From: the human T2T-CHM13v2.0 reference genome, Homo sapiens
Direction: 5' to 3' (one strand)
Assembly (NCBI RefSeq): GCF_009914755.1
Contig: NC_060932.1
DNA: 64,000 nt
In this document: piece after piece, positions 27,149 through 42,534 of the stretch
Position numbering within the stretch: position 1 is the first letter of the stretch
Layout: each line of letters opens with the position of its first letter
Translations under genes and position numbers: made by a program
Notes under the pieces: generated by a model
Told to the model about the DNA's origin: nothing
The model's database searches: none
What the model saw: only the letters and a program-made list of their open reading frames with translations

Positions 27149-27859
27149 AGGTGTTTCCCAAAGTGGTTCCTCAGCACATCAATGCATACTTAAAAAAAAA
27201 AGTTGCTTAGTCAAGTTTAAGAAATATCATAATAAAACTGGTTAAATAAGTTTCTTCCCCATAGAGTTTATTAGATTGTAATATGCTACTATGCATTTTG
27301 TCTTGCCAAAAGGAAATGGCAGTATTCAGCATTTTACAAATTAGGTTTGAGATCTAGTGTTTTATGGAACCCATTTTGGGAAATACTCATCTAAAATGTT
27401 TAGAGGCAAGCAGGCTTACTTATTTGTCTAAGGTGGTAACCGTTGTAGCTGAGTTAACAAAAGAAGTCAGGTCTTCCTAATCTCCATTTTAAGGAATTTT
27501 AAACTGCCTTATAAATTCTTAAACTAAACATTGAAAAAAAAGGAGGACCATTGTCTGGTATGTCCACACAGGTAGTGTTCCCGACCGACTTGTAGTATCA
27601 CACTGGCACCACTGATTCTAAGTAATAGTGCGTAGAGCCATACCTGGAAGTGGCTACCTTTCTCTAAGCCTAAGATTGAGGATTGCACAGATTACTAAAC
27701 AAAACACTCAGCTTTTAAGTCTTTGTGTCTTATATTTTATGTGGGGTGTTTTTATTGAATTCCTTACGTTTCATATTATTATAAGAATATTTAACACTAT
27801 CACCTCAGAATTATATCCTAAATAAATATTGCTTTTGTGTTATTATTTTTTTTAATTAG

Positions 27860-30210
27860 ATACTCCTAAAACAAAGTTTAAAGGATTACTATCTGTGTGA
27901 CAAATAACAAGAAGCAACATTTTGAGAATGGAAGCAGGTCTGAGGTCAGAAGAAGTAGAGAATGAAGGAAAAGGTGAATGCTATGAAATTGATATTTTTT
28001 CTGGAACTGAATTCTTAAACATAAAACAGATAAAATGCATCTTGTTACTACAAATGTTATATATATAAAATCAAGTTGAGCTTTGCCTTGATTTGCTGAA
28101 CTCTCTGCACTTTTTCATTCCCTTCAGAAGTATATAGATACTTCCGGTGACTACATATGAATGTACTTTCAATATTATTTTTTTATTTATTCATTAGAAA
28201 TTTTCCTCATTTCAAAATAATTTATGACTCATGGAATGTTGATCGCCTAAAAATGAACATCGCATTTTCTTTGATTTTGGACTGTGAACTTATTTTCAGA
28301 GATGAATATTGCTTGAGATTTATAATACCCTTAGAATTAAATTCCTGTTATTTGCCCAGTTTTTAATTACACTGAGATAATTTTGAAAAGAAATAGAAAT
28401 TAAGCTACTATATAAAACAATTGTTTACGTGTACTTTTAACTTTTAAAAGTACTTAATTAACGTATGTTGTTTGACTTGTATAAAGTTTTTAAAAATTGT
28501 TGTTTATTTGCCAAAGTCAACAGAATGTCTGTTATTGTTTTATGTATACGGTAAAGAAATTTAAAGTGTAGAATTTTCCTCCCCCAAAAAGTCATGTGTT
28601 GATAGTAGAAGCAGTGGTAGTTGTTGTAACAGTAATCATTGTCATTGTCATTATCTTCTTAAACATGAAGCTGCTCCTGATCATAGGTGGTACACGTTAA
28701 TAACACTAGTAAAAATAACGTCTTACACTCTGTAACTTACTGCATATTGTTAATGTATGTCTAGCATCAAATGAGTATTGTAAAAGACTAATATAAAATG
28801 GTTTATAAGACTGATGTATATATTAAGTAGAAGCTAATATTTTTGTTTCTTGCAAAAGGACCACTTGAAAAGTGATGCTAAACAGCCAGTAATAATAATT
28901 TAAATATAATTTATTATTTCAAAAGAATATGTCTTAAAAGGGAAAATAAAAACTTTCTGTTGAATCACAACAAAATTAGATTTGTACATAGAGAAACAAT
29001 TTGATAATACTTAATAGAAATCTGTTCAATTAAAAATGCTTAGTTTATACAAAGATACTACACAAAAATAGAACAATTAGTCTGAATTAACGTATTTACA
29101 TATTGCATATGGAAGATAAGTTCATTTATCTTCCTTTCTAAGACATATTTAATGTAGGTTACATACACTCCAACTATTACTTTGCTTTTGCATATGAAAC
29201 TAGAAAACACTGACTTTGTTTTTATAAGTTATTAAATGTGAAATTGATCTGCATCAGCTTATTTATAAAAGTAATGTTATTTCCAAGAAAATGTTACTCT
29301 TAGCATTGATTTTGTATGTTAGACTTTTTACATTGTTTATCTAATATTATTTATGACAGTAATTTTAAAATATATTATTCATAAGTTCAAGGATCCCATA
29401 TAGTATAAGAATATAATTTCACTTGCTTTGAAAGTTGATTTAATTGACTGACTAAATGAAAATGCCTACCCACTCATATAACATACCTCAGGTCTATTTT
29501 ACCTTACACTGAATGTTCTTAATATGATTTGGTACCTAAAGTAATTGAAAAAAATGCAGTTTCCTTTAATCCTTGACTATAAGTTATACTATGTTGCGTA
29601 CATGGCAAATCCTGCAAATATAGATTAAAAATTAAATTAGCCCATTGAAATCCTTTATAATTCTGTCATTTTCTCAAGGAAGAATACCATTGTACATATG
29701 CAATCTTTATTTTATTCTTTATTGCTTATCAGAGTGAGTGGATGAAAACATTTGTAAGGCTGCAACATAATATTAAAATGTGAATAAATAAATGTTCTGA
29801 TAAAATAGAAAAGAAAGTAAATTACAGTGATTTCCATCATATTATCACTCTTGAATTTTATCATCTATAAAATGAGAGATAAAAATATCTCACTGAATTG
29901 TTACTTATATCAATTTAAAATTTGCTAGTGGTTTGAAAATAATAATGTACTGACTACATGTATGCTGTTATTGTCAGTGTTTCCTTCTATAAACTGTTCT
30001 TTGGAAAAATTAAGTTATACATAAAATTCATATTAAACTTTTTACAGAAAGCATACATGATAAACAGTTTATGGTACTTCTCAGAATCATTTCATAATAA
30101 GCAATTTATTTAGCTTAAGTTCCAACTTACTGTTCTTATTATAAATTGCAAAGCAACCTGTCTTACATTCTTACATTATCTTAAAATAAATATTTCTGCC
30201 CTTGAATCAA
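27860..30210 (+). other. MICU3: MICU3 terminal, 3'UTR-only exon (3' end approximate)
   Basis: Acceptor ttttttttaattag| ends at 27859. About 2.3 kb of AU-rich sequence with no repeats I recognise, ending after AATAAA at 30185-30190. Confidence 0.7.
30185..30190 (+). terminator. Likely distal polyadenylation signal of MICU3
   Basis: AATAAA followed by a U/GU-rich downstream stretch (ttgtacttggcttttatatgt). Proximal AATAAA also at 28945 and 29783-29792. Confidence 0.6.
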
Positions 30211-31893
30211 GAAACATTGTACTTGGCTTTTATATGTATCTGTGGACTAATAATGACTTTCTGAAAATGTAACCTTCAAACTTTGGAAATCTTTATGGGT
30301 TACTAAACCTCTTTTGATTTTATTCCCTCTTCTGTGGCAACACATGCTAATGACATTTATCTCATCAACACCTTTGTGGGTAGGTAACTCACAGAGCTAT
30401 AAGGCTTCTCAAAGTAAATTGTAGGAATTCCTAAATTATAGAATTATGGTCATTGGTATGGAAAACTTTTCAGAAAGTTTATATGTGACTTAATGGAGTA
30501 TTAATTTTGTAGGTATCATCTTACTAAGGTAACACCTAGAAATGTTTCAAAATACACTAGTTATTATCCTACTACTTATAGCCATATAGTAAATTAACAC
30601 TTTTTAAAATATAATGCTTTTACTTCCAAAAGATATAAAAATATGAATTCCATAATATTCAGAAAGTGTAATAAAAATTGTAAGTGATAAGAAATCACTG
30701 TGGTTTGTAAAAAATTGGTAGCATTTTTAATTTCTTAGTAGTTCATAAAATAATGGTACACCTTGCAATGTTGCATCTTAGATTCTGTGAAATACTTTAT
30801 TTGTAGTTCTCTATATAGCATAATCAGTATTTTTGGCACACATCTTAAAAATGGAGGAATATACCTATAATTGTGACTATACGCACAGAGAAAGTTTTCT
30901 GGGAAAGATAAATTTTGTCCAACACTGTGAAGAGAGAGAGGTGTACTTACGAAAAATAGAATAGAAAAGATAAGAGAATGGAGAGGGATCTGAATGAGGA
31001 TAGATTTTTTTTTAATGGACTGAGTAGACAGTTTTTGGAAAAATAAATGTAAAGAAGTGCAAGTTAAAATGACAACATATCTTTTCACCTTGCACATTGA
31101 AAGGATAGTTATATAATGTATAGTATTGAGCATGGGGGGCAATTCAGAACTCTCGAATGTTGCTGGTGAGCTGTAAGTTTGGGGGCAGCATCTTTGGAGG
31201 GCAATAGAGAAATATCTCACAGTTTTACTTGTGGGACTATCATATCCCAATACATGGGTTAGTAAATTTATATGTCAATAAATAGATTTATTCAATGAAA
31301 TACTATATAACTATTAAAATAATAACTGAAAAAAGTAGGAGGTCCACTTATGTTTATATGACATGATCTGTAAAATATTTTAATGGGAGCATAGTAAGGT
31401 ATGAAAGAATGTGTACTGTACTAGTTTGTGTTTAGAATATACTTTGATTGCATAGAACTATGTTTTAGTTTTATTAAAGTTATATGCATATATTTTAAAA
31501 AGACAACTCTAAAGTCTTTAAAAAAAAAAAAAAAACCACCATCCCTCTGTTGTGCTTCTCAGAGGCAATCACTTTCAAATCTTTTGGCAGTTTCTTTTGG
31601 TATCTACCTTCATATTTCAAGATAATATGTTTATATCAACATTTTTGATTGGTCTTATTTTTAGCTTGTTAAGTATTTATTGACTTCCTACAATGGAAAA
31701 GAAGGATTTGTCTCCCTTACTCAAGTCCCCCTCCAAGACACACAGACATGTTTCCCCTCCACTATCCTTTCAGTATACAGTATAACCTGAGTTAATTATT
31801 ATGTCATCTTCAGTTATTATATTTGCTTCCTTATACATCTTTCCCTAGAGTTGTTAATTTTCTCCTTTGCAGTTTGCTTGTTTGTCTACCTTT

Positions 31894-31985
31894 TATTTAG
31901 TTATAATTAACTTCTCCCAGACTGGTGACCAGAACTATATATTTAGTTATAATTAACTTCTCCCAGACTGGTGACCAGAACTATA
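31894..31985 (+). repeat. Perfect 46-bp tandem duplication
   Basis: tatttagttataattaacttctcccagactggtgaccagaactata x2. Confidence 0.98.
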
Positions 31986-32169
31986 CATGCATGGTTAATA
32001 TATTTAAATATGTAAGGTAATAGGTAAGGTTTTGTTATGTTAGAAATGCCTGCTGGAGCTTTCCATCCTACTGTCCCATCTAGAATGGTTGTCCTCTAGG
32101 CCTGGCCCAGAGGTGTTATTCTAGGATCTCCCCTCTCTCTCTGTTCAAGATTGTATTTAACCCTCTCTA

Positions 32170-33150
32170 TCTCCCAGGTCATCCTGTTTCTTATCTTTTA
32201 TTTTTTGGAATAGAGCATAAACCTCCATATTTCCTGAGAAAGTTGCACAGTAAGTAAATTTTGAGATCTCGTGTGCTGAAAACACCTTTATTGTACCCTC
32301 CTACTTTGGTAACGGCTCGTCCAGGGATAGAAATAGAGTATGGTATACCTTTTCCCTCAGAATTCTGAAAGCATTGCCCCACTGTCTTCCAGCTTCCAGT
32401 TTGTTCCCAAGAAATCAGATGCTATATTCTGATCCATTACCTTTTTCTCTTCTTTCTAGGACTTAGTAGAATCTTCCCTTTGCCCCTACTATTCCAAAAT
32501 TTCGAATTAATGTACCTTGATAAAAGTCTTTTGCTTGATGTTTGTGCTGAGCACTCAACAGTCTTTTCAACCTAAAAACTCATGGCATTCATTTCTGGAA
32601 AAAAAATGTAATTATTTATTTGAGAACTTCTTGCCCTCTTGTTTTCTCTGCTCAGTTTTCCTGGTATTTCTATTATTCAGATAATGAATCTCCTATGAGT
32701 ATAGCCTGTAATATAGCCTGTAATATAGCCTGTAATCTTTCTTTTCCACTGTTCATGTCTTTGTCTTTTTATTGTACCTTTTAAAGATTTCCAATTAGTC
32801 TTCTATCTGCATTCTTGAGGGGTTTTTTTAATTTCATCATATTCTTTTTTCTTGAGTTTTCCTTTTTTATTTTCTCCCATTCTTGTTTCATCTATTATCT
32901 TTTATTCTCTCTGATTATTTCAGTTTCTTTAAAGTTTTCTTGTGCTCCCTTCATTGCCTTATTTCTTTTTTTCCCATTTGTATTTTGGGTTTCTCATATT
33001 AGAGGTATTTCTCAAATATCTGGCAATCCTTTGGTATACGTTCATATTTACAAAGAAATTTGAATCTCTGTGTGGCTGAGATGAGCTTTTGACTGATGGA
33101 TTTTATTATTTGCTGTTGTAGCTGGGGCATTTCATACGAGGAATCTTGAC
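32170..33150 (-). mobile_element. Old L1 (ORF1-region) relic
   Basis: Degenerate antisense L1M sequence (ttttccctcagaattctgaaagcattgccccactgtcttccagcttccag); boundaries approximate. Confidence 0.55.
32700..32735 (+). repeat. 12-bp minisatellite x3 (tatagcctgtaa)
   Basis: Three perfect copies. Confidence 0.97.
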
Positions 33151-33274
33151 TATCAGTATGTATAGGTCTTTTCTCTTTGGCTGGCCAGATTTCGCCTGCC
33201 TGGCAGTTTAAAGGTTGGCTGCTATTTTGTTCAAAGTTGAGTGTGAGAAAGAAATCTTGAAGCCCCTTTCTTCA

Positions 33275-33766
<492 letters not shown>

Positions 33767-35811
33767 TTATAGTACAACCTTGAGAGGTACCTGAATCCTT
33801 CACTTAAGCCTTTGAGGAACTCTGTGGGGTGAGTCTGCCACTTTCAAGGTGTCTCCGTATTGCAGGCATTTAAGTTCTCTATGGTCTATGAGTTTATTAC
33901 CATATGTTTCTGAGATTTAAAAATTTTGTCTCTGTACTCTCTTCCAGTTTTCCTGTCCTTGAGAAAGAAACCTATACTGAAAAAAAAATTCCTTTCCTGT
34001 CATTATGGTATAGTTTCAAGAGGGAGTGAGGAAAAATCGGCATCCAAAACAACATATTTAACTCCATAGTTACACATAGTTCTAATATATCTGGAAGTAC
34101 CCACAAGGAACTTAAGGATGGTTATCTTTGAAGATGGGGGCGTGGTTATATTTAATGAGCTGTTATTGAACTATTAGAGTATTGTTAGCATGGGTATGTT
34201 TACTTTTTAAGAAAAGCACATTTTTAACACTTAGGATCTCAGTCTGGTAAAAGTGGGAATAAATCATGAAGGCTATGTATTCGGTGAATTTATTCACCAA
34301 ATCTAGAGTTAGACTACTTCTTGAAGTGGGAAGAGATGGTTTGAAGAAAAAATAAAAGTATTACGGTGATTGTAAATTTGTGGAACTACCACACAGTTTA
34401 GGTTTGGATGGTAGGACTGCAGAAGGAAAGAATTGAGAAAGGAACATCAGGGGGAATCAGTTACTCGGTTCAAAAAGGTAAAGATGGCAGCTACACTCTC
34501 TGACACAGTATATTCTGGTCACATTTACCATCAGAGACAAATGAACTTGATTATTAATCTAATTCAGTATGGCATTTCCTATATGTGTATTATTTAGGAA
34601 TGAAGCAAGTAGCTTAAAGGTAAGCACATTAGTCTGCTAGCAGATTTTAAACTGAGGTAAAATAAGAGTTTAGGACAGAATAAAAGACAGTAAAGATATT
34701 TTGAGTGTATGCTATATCATGCTTTTGCAAGCTCTAGGTGCTATAAGAGTTAAATATTTAAGCTGAAAAATCTATGAAAAGCACCCTGAAAATCTATACT
34801 TTTTTATGCCATTGCTCTTTGGTGCTAAGAGTTTCTCAAGTAAGTGAGTATCTTATGTACCATTTGTGCTGTAATATTTAATTACAGTGAGTGTACAGAA
34901 GATTAGCTGTCACAAAGAATCTTTTGAAATCAGATTGCACATCAAAACTACATTGTGCCCTGCTAAGTAGGCAAATTTAAGAAAGAGGAGAAAGTGATGT
35001 CAAGACGTATTGCAAAATGAACAAATAAAGCAATAGGATTTGCTTGTTGTTCAGCCTATTAAAGCACAGCCAAATGTCAGCCTTCATTTGTCAACTTAAA
35101 TATGTTTTTTCTAAAATTTATAAAGATTCAGTCTATGGAAAGTATCCTTTACTATTTGGACTGAGAAGTAAATTAAGCAAAAGGAAATACTAAATAGATT
35201 ATGCTACTAATTCAGTTTCTCATAGTGATAAATTGCCACATAAAGATGTATGTTAGTAATTCAGATAGAGATATTTATTGCCTTTTATTTTTGTTATTTG
35301 ACTGATTAGCAAATTAACATATGTGTTTTTGCTCCCAGATATGTGAGGTTTTAAAAGCTTAGGTTAATTTCTGCTCCACAATAGCTAAACCCCAAATACA
35401 ATGTACACTGAACCATTTCTAGTGTCCTGTGATTTCTTCCCTTCAAAAACAAAAAACAAAAAAGGGGTAAAAATAATTTTTTAAAAAATCTAAGTGCTGA
35501 GCCCCAAGTAGCCAGGAGTGGAAACTATCAGTTTAGAGCCTGAATTGGACTTGCTAGAAATCACCAGGAACCAGACCACATAAGGGGAGGCTCCTCAGCT
35601 AGAGCAACAGAGTTCACAGATGGTTGGAACTGGAATGGTTGGGAGCCTGCGGGCTTTATGGAGAGGAGAGATTGCCCTGAAGCCAGAGTTCTCTACTGAC
35701 AGTGTGTGAGCATAATCAGCTTTGAAACAGCAGTGAGGGAGAGGACCTGAATGGGCCCTCCTCTTCTGAGTTAAAACTTTTAAGGGAATCCCAAAAGTTC
35801 CTGAGATCAGT

Positions 35812-35813
<2 letters not shown>

Positions 35814-35853
<40 letters not shown>
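35814..35853. repeat. (AC)20 microsatellite
   Basis: Perfect run. Confidence 0.99.
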
Positions 35854-35854
<1 letters not shown>

Positions 35855-36169
35855 AGAATGAAGCAGAAGAAACTATCCCAAAAGAGTCTTACATGATAAT
35901 CAAGCATAAACTTTAAAAGAATTCAACCAAATCCAGATAAAGGTAGCCACTATGAGTGAAAATCAAAGGCAACAATACATTTAGACTGCAGAAAATGCAT
36001 ATGTTGGAACTGAATACAAAATACAGAATACAGGCTATATGTGAAATTAACTTTGAAATTTCAAAAATTGTTACACAAAATGAGAAAACTGTAGGGATTA
36101 AACAGATACACTTATGAGATAGAATTTCTAGAAATAAGCATTTGCTGAAATCAAAACCTCCATTGGAGA

Positions 36170-38657
36170 GCCATGACTATTAGACTTATCCTTCTACCAT
36201 AAACAACTACGACATTGCACAACAAATAATTCAGGGCCTTGATCCTTGAAAGAAGGGAAAACTATGTGGTGGAACTCTGCATTCAGTGGCTTTCTTCCTG
36301 GAAGGGCTTTCCAAACTACAGCAGAAGTAAGTGGAGCCCAGACAAAAAAGAGTTGCATGGGATGGCAGAAATGGGACCAGAGTTAAGAATAGCTCAAGTA
36401 GCTGGCTGAAATTTATGGGACAGAGTACCAGGGAAGGGGAGCTGTGCAGAAAAGAAGCACCAAAAATCTGCATAGGGGTACTGTTAAGTCTGACTGAATA
36501 CTAAGCTGTACGTAAGCAAGGCAAGACTTCATGGGGCACGGCAGAAAACAGTCACTGGAGGTCCCATAGTGCTGGGAGCCATCAGTGTTCAAATCAGCCA
36601 GTGTGTGAAGGTCTCACTGAACAACCCAAGCATTAAGTAAAGGTCACAGGTTAGGGGTAAGGCTACTGTACCTCTAAAGTAAAGACAACTCTTGACCTAT
36701 CCTAAAATTAAACCTTGACAGGACCAAGCTATCCTATCAGTACCGCAGCTACCTGCCAGAACAAAACTCAATACCTGCACAGGAAGACAGCAAATTCCTA
36801 CTGTCAACAGTGTAGTATCCATAACATCCACTATAAAGTAAGCCAATATTAGGCTAAGCAGGAAAATGTGACCCTTAAAAAGGGGAGAAAGTCATTCATA
36901 GAAAAAGGCCCAGAGGTGACCCACATATTTGAATTAGCAGATAAAAACTTTAAGAACTATTATAAACATGTTCAAGGGTTTAAGTAAAAATAATAGCATA
37001 ATAGGTAAAGAGATGGTAATTACAGACAGAACAATGAAAACTATAAAAACCAAATGAAAATTTTAGAATTGAAAAATACAATACTTGAAATAAAAATTCA
37101 TTCTGTGAACCTAATAGAAGATTGGAGACAGAAGAAATGATCAGTAAACTTAAAGGCAGGGAAATACAAGCTATCCAAACTGATGCACAAAAGAAAAAAC
37201 TATTGAGGAAAAGAAAAGAATAGCACCTCAGTGAACTATGGAACCACACAAAACAGACTACTGTAAGTGTAATTGGAGATCAAGAAGAGGGGAAGAGGGT
37301 GGGAGAGTAAAAGAAAAATTGAAAAAGTACTAACCAAAATTCTTCCCAAATTTGAAGAAATGTGTAAGAGTTTCAAGAAGTTTAACCCCAAACAAACCCA
37401 CATCTGTTCATATCCTAATTAAATGGCTAGAAAGCAAAAACAAAAATTTTTTTTCAGAGACAAAAGATATATACAAGGGTAATGATAAGAATCAGTGCTG
37501 ACTTATCAGTAATAATGGAGAACAGAAGATAATTGTATAACATCTTTAAATGGTGGAAAGAAAAAAGTGTTAAACTGGAATAGTATATTCAGTAAAATAG
37601 TCTTTTAAAATAATGGTTATATAAAGACACCTTCCGATAAATACTGTCGGAGAGAATGTAACCAGCAGACCTGCACACTGGAAGAGTTAAAAGAACTTCT
37701 TTAGGCAATTGGGGAATGAAACTAGCCAAAAATTTTGATACATACAAAATAAAGTTCACCACGTAAATGATAAATGTTTAGTAAAATATACAATGTTTTC
37801 CCTTAAGTGTATAAAAAGGCAATTGAGACTAGGCGCGGTGGCTCACACCTGTAATCCCAGCACTTTGGGGGACTGAGGCGGTGGGTCGCCTGAGGGTAGG
37901 AATTCAAAACCATCCTGGGCAACATGGTAAAACCCCATCTCTACAAAAATACAAAAATTAGCCGGGCGTGGTGGCGCATGCCTGTAATCCCAGCTACTCA
38001 GGAGGCCAAGGCAGAAGAATCACTTGACTGAGGTGGAGGTTGCAGTGAGCCGAGATCGCACCATTGCACTGCAGCCTGGGAGCAAGACTCTGTCTCAAAA
38101 AAAAAAAGAGAAAAAGAAAAAGGCAATTGACTCTTTAAAATGAAAATAATGCATTGCTGCGTTTATCATTAAATTATTTGGTAATATCGCAAAGGACAGA
38201 AAGGGGTAAATAGAAGTATACTGTTGTAAGATTGTATTGTAGGTGCAATGGCATAGTATTAATTCAGTTAATATAGATTGCGACCCATAGAACCGTAAGT
38301 GAGTTAAAATGCAGTAATTTTTTTTAAATGGCTAACCCATAACGCAGGAAAGGAGGAAACAAAAAAATGGGTACAACAAATAGAATAAAATAGCAAAGTG
38401 ATTACATAAATTCAACCAAATTAGTAATTAATGTTAAATGTAAGTTCACTAAACATTCCAACTAAAACTCAGATGTTAATCAGTTTTTAATGAAGATTAT
38501 CTGCTGCCTTGAAAATATGTATTTTATATATAAAGACATGGATAGAGTACATGTAAAATGATAGAGAAAAAAGATCCTATGTAAACAGTAATAAGAAACT
38601 GGAGTGGCTGTATTAACATCAGACAAAATGATGCCAAGGCAAGGAGTATTACCAGAT
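36170..38657 (+). mobile_element. Old L1M relic (5'UTR/ORF1/ORF2 start), interrupted by an Alu
   Basis: A-rich sense strand with ORF1-like (caaatgaaaattttagaattgaaaaatacaata) and ORF2-start-like (gaaactggagtggctgtattaacatcagacaaaat) motifs. Confidence 0.7.
37827..38116 (+). mobile_element. Alu (S/J-like)
   Basis: Dimeric Alu with a perfect 14-bp TSD aaaaaggcaattga. Confidence 0.95.
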
Positions 38658-40810
38658 GTAGTAGTTGGGGTCCAGTTAGGAGACAAAAACCACCATTTAA
38701 ACAAGGAAATTTTAATGTAAGAAATGATTAGAATAATGGCAAATTGACTAGTGAAAGTTAAGATAATTTTAACAAATAAAAGACTAGCAGGTATCAGGAG
38801 CAACCGTTATGGCTAAGACTGAGATAGAGCTCCCAATATAGAGCTTTCCCCCTACTAGGGCTGAAATCCAGATGTCTTTGGAAAGGGCACACCTTTGATT
38901 CACTGGATAGTGGAGAAGTCACTAAGGTGCCTCGTAAGTGGGAGCATAAGTGGGAGTTGCTAGAAGTTTCTGGGGTGCCAGGGGGGCCATCCACAGAAAG
39001 TGGAGTCTTAAATCATCAGAGTGAACTCCCTGAGTGTCAGAGGGAGCTGGTGGTGGCTGGGCACTGCTGGAACCGAAATCTGGAGAAGCAGCCCTCTAGG
39101 AGCCCGGCATGCCTGCAGGACGGCCCTGGGATTCTAGGACTGAAAAGATGTGGGGAGCAGTGACTTGGTTTGGTGTGCAGGCCCATACCATCTGGGAAAT
39201 CCCGGATAATCTCCAGCTGAACACTTGAGAAAATTGCAGCCTGCAGCATGGGAGAAACCACACAGGGAATAAGCATGCAGGGGAGGGTGGAGTGTGCCCT
39301 ACAACAGCCTAGAGAGTGAATCATACCAGAACCAGGAAAGGAAAATCCCTTCCTCCTCCAGCGTCCTCCAGAACCCTCTACTGACAAGGTTTAACACTCG
39401 GCTAGCTAGCAAAGGAGAAATATTTCCAAAATCCATCTTCATTTATTACAAAGTAGGCCAAAATATGGTGAATTTGGAGCTAAGAGGAAATACATCAATA
39501 AACAGCATAGTCTGCCCCTTTGAGTACTCACTGTCCATATATACCTTCTACGCACACTTGAATGCCATACAATAATAACTCTACATTTCACCTAACAGGA
39601 TACTCATCATCTCCAAAATGAGGAGATGCAACAATCATTGCATACAGTGCTGTGGCTATATTAATTGCCCTTTAGAATCATCACAGTTCCACTGGATAGT
39701 CTGTTGCCCAAAGACTAATTGTGAATTTAACCTCTAGCAACTTGCATATAAAATTTTTGTTAATAGAAGGGAGCAAGAAGAGGAAAATGTGAGCATATAT
39801 ACATAAGTACATACACATGAAAAGCAAAAAAGGAAATATTCAAAATGACTACAGCCCTTTTTTCTGCAGTTGGTCACAAGGCCCTAATTTTTACTTATGG
39901 CTTCCTTCTTCTACTGTTCATTGATTTCGCCCACCTCCAGCCAGAACCTGGTAGAGTAATTCAAACTCTCATTCCTGAAAGTTCCAAGTCCTCAATTATC
40001 CTGCCTTTTATTTTGGTTTCTGTACTTTTCTACTACACTTTTCTATTGCATATGGAGTACTAATATACACCCCAAACTGTCTCCTGGGTTACAGACATAG
40101 TCTTCCTTGCCCCTAATGTATAAAGGCAACCCAGTTTCCTCTTGGCAATAGGGATCAGTCACTCCACCTAGTAGAGCAATCCACCTTTCTGCCTGTTGAT
40201 TCAGTAGCATGAGGAGTCCAGAATAGCCAAATGGAAATCTTTCTCCAATTCAGTGGAACCATTGTGTCTCATGGTGGAAACCATGTTCCCTTTAAGAACT
40301 CAGATCTCTGAAATGGCAGAGCTCAAAGATGCCAGAAGCAGCAGCAAATATTCTGCAAGTGTGTTATTAGGTGTTGCTACGGTCTGAATGTTGGTGACCT
40401 CCCAAAATTTATATGTTGAAATCTAATCACAAACGTAATAGTATTAAGAAATGGGGCCTTTAGGAAGTGATTAAGTCATGAGAGTGGAACCCTCATAAAT
40501 GAGATTAGTGCCTTGGTAAAAGAGGTGCAAGGGAACTGTTCACCCCTTCCTCCAGGTGAAGAGCCACAAGAAGATGCCATATTGGAAGCAGAAAGCAAGC
40601 CCTCTCCAGGCACTGAATCTGCTTGATCTGGGACTTCCCAGCATCTAGAACTGTAAGAAATAAGTTTCTGTTGTTTATGAATTACCCAGTATAAGCTATT
40701 TTGTTATAGCAGCTGAAACAGACTAAGACAAATATAATAGAGGAGCCATTCTTTCATCCTACTTTTGATTCCTGAACCCATGTATTCTGGTTATGATGGG
40801 GAAAGTGCAC
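38657..40810. mobile_element. ERVL/MaLR-type LTR plus internal-sequence relic
   Basis: Begins with tgtagtag at the L1 break, then a GC-richer LTR-like block and ERVL-internal-like sequence. Family and ends uncertain. Confidence 0.4.
40375..40730 (+). mobile_element. MaLR solo LTR (MLT1A/MST-like)
   Basis: tgctacggtctgaatg...ggacttcccagcatctagaactgtaagaaataag...gactaagaca. Confidence 0.85.
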
Positions 40811-41708
40811 TATCTAGTTGTTTGTTTGTTTTTAATTGGAGGATTAGTCCAATCAAACTGCTCCACTATTAACAGAAGCTAGAAATAAACCCCTTTGTTA
40901 TTGACATTTTTTGCTAACCATTAAGATTTTTGTTATTTATGGGTTATCTATTTCTGTCTTTTGCCACATATATTTTTTTAAATCTGTTCATTCACTTTCT
41001 TTGTATATCAAATATATAGATCATTTGGCTGTCCTATAAGTTGCACGTATTCTTCCAGTGTATTATTTCAGTTTTATTTATATATATATCTCAAAGATTT
41101 TCATTTTTATGTATTTGGATGTGATCTTTTTAGTTGCCATTTCCTTACTGCTTTTAAGCTTAGAAATACCTCTTCCAATTTAATAAACTGTCATATATTT
41201 TATTGTTTCTATTTTCTTTGCATATAACTAAAAAAATCCACCTGGGACTAATTTTGTTACCTGGTAAAAAATGAGGACCTAGTTTGTTTGACCCACAAAT
41301 ATCTAACCAACTTATCCAGCACTATTTGTGGAATAATTCTTCCTTTTTGCCACCTAATATAATGCAAATTATATTTTAAATATTTAAAAAGATTTTTACA
41401 TACCTAAATCTATTTCAGCATACTCCTTGTGTGGGGATGTAAATAAATAAACTATTCTCTTCATTTGGACTATCTGGCTGTTCTTGTAACTACATTGTTT
41501 TACTTACTTTATAATATGTTAGACTATTTTGTAAGACTAACGTGCCTCCATCTTCAATAGCCACATGTAAATTCCTCTTTTTAATTTTTAAAAACTATTC
41601 ATACTGGCTTATCCTTTCAGATGAATATTAGAATTGTTTTATCTTCTCCAAGTGAGATTTTTATTTACTCACTTTAAAATTATAAATTAATTTGGACTGA
41701 TTGACAAT

Positions 41709-42534
<826 letters not shown>

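Noticed and set aside
30735-31250. 171-aa minus-strand ORF, the longest in the track
   Set aside because: Non-ATG start, no recognisable domain, and it overlaps degenerate L1-like sequence.
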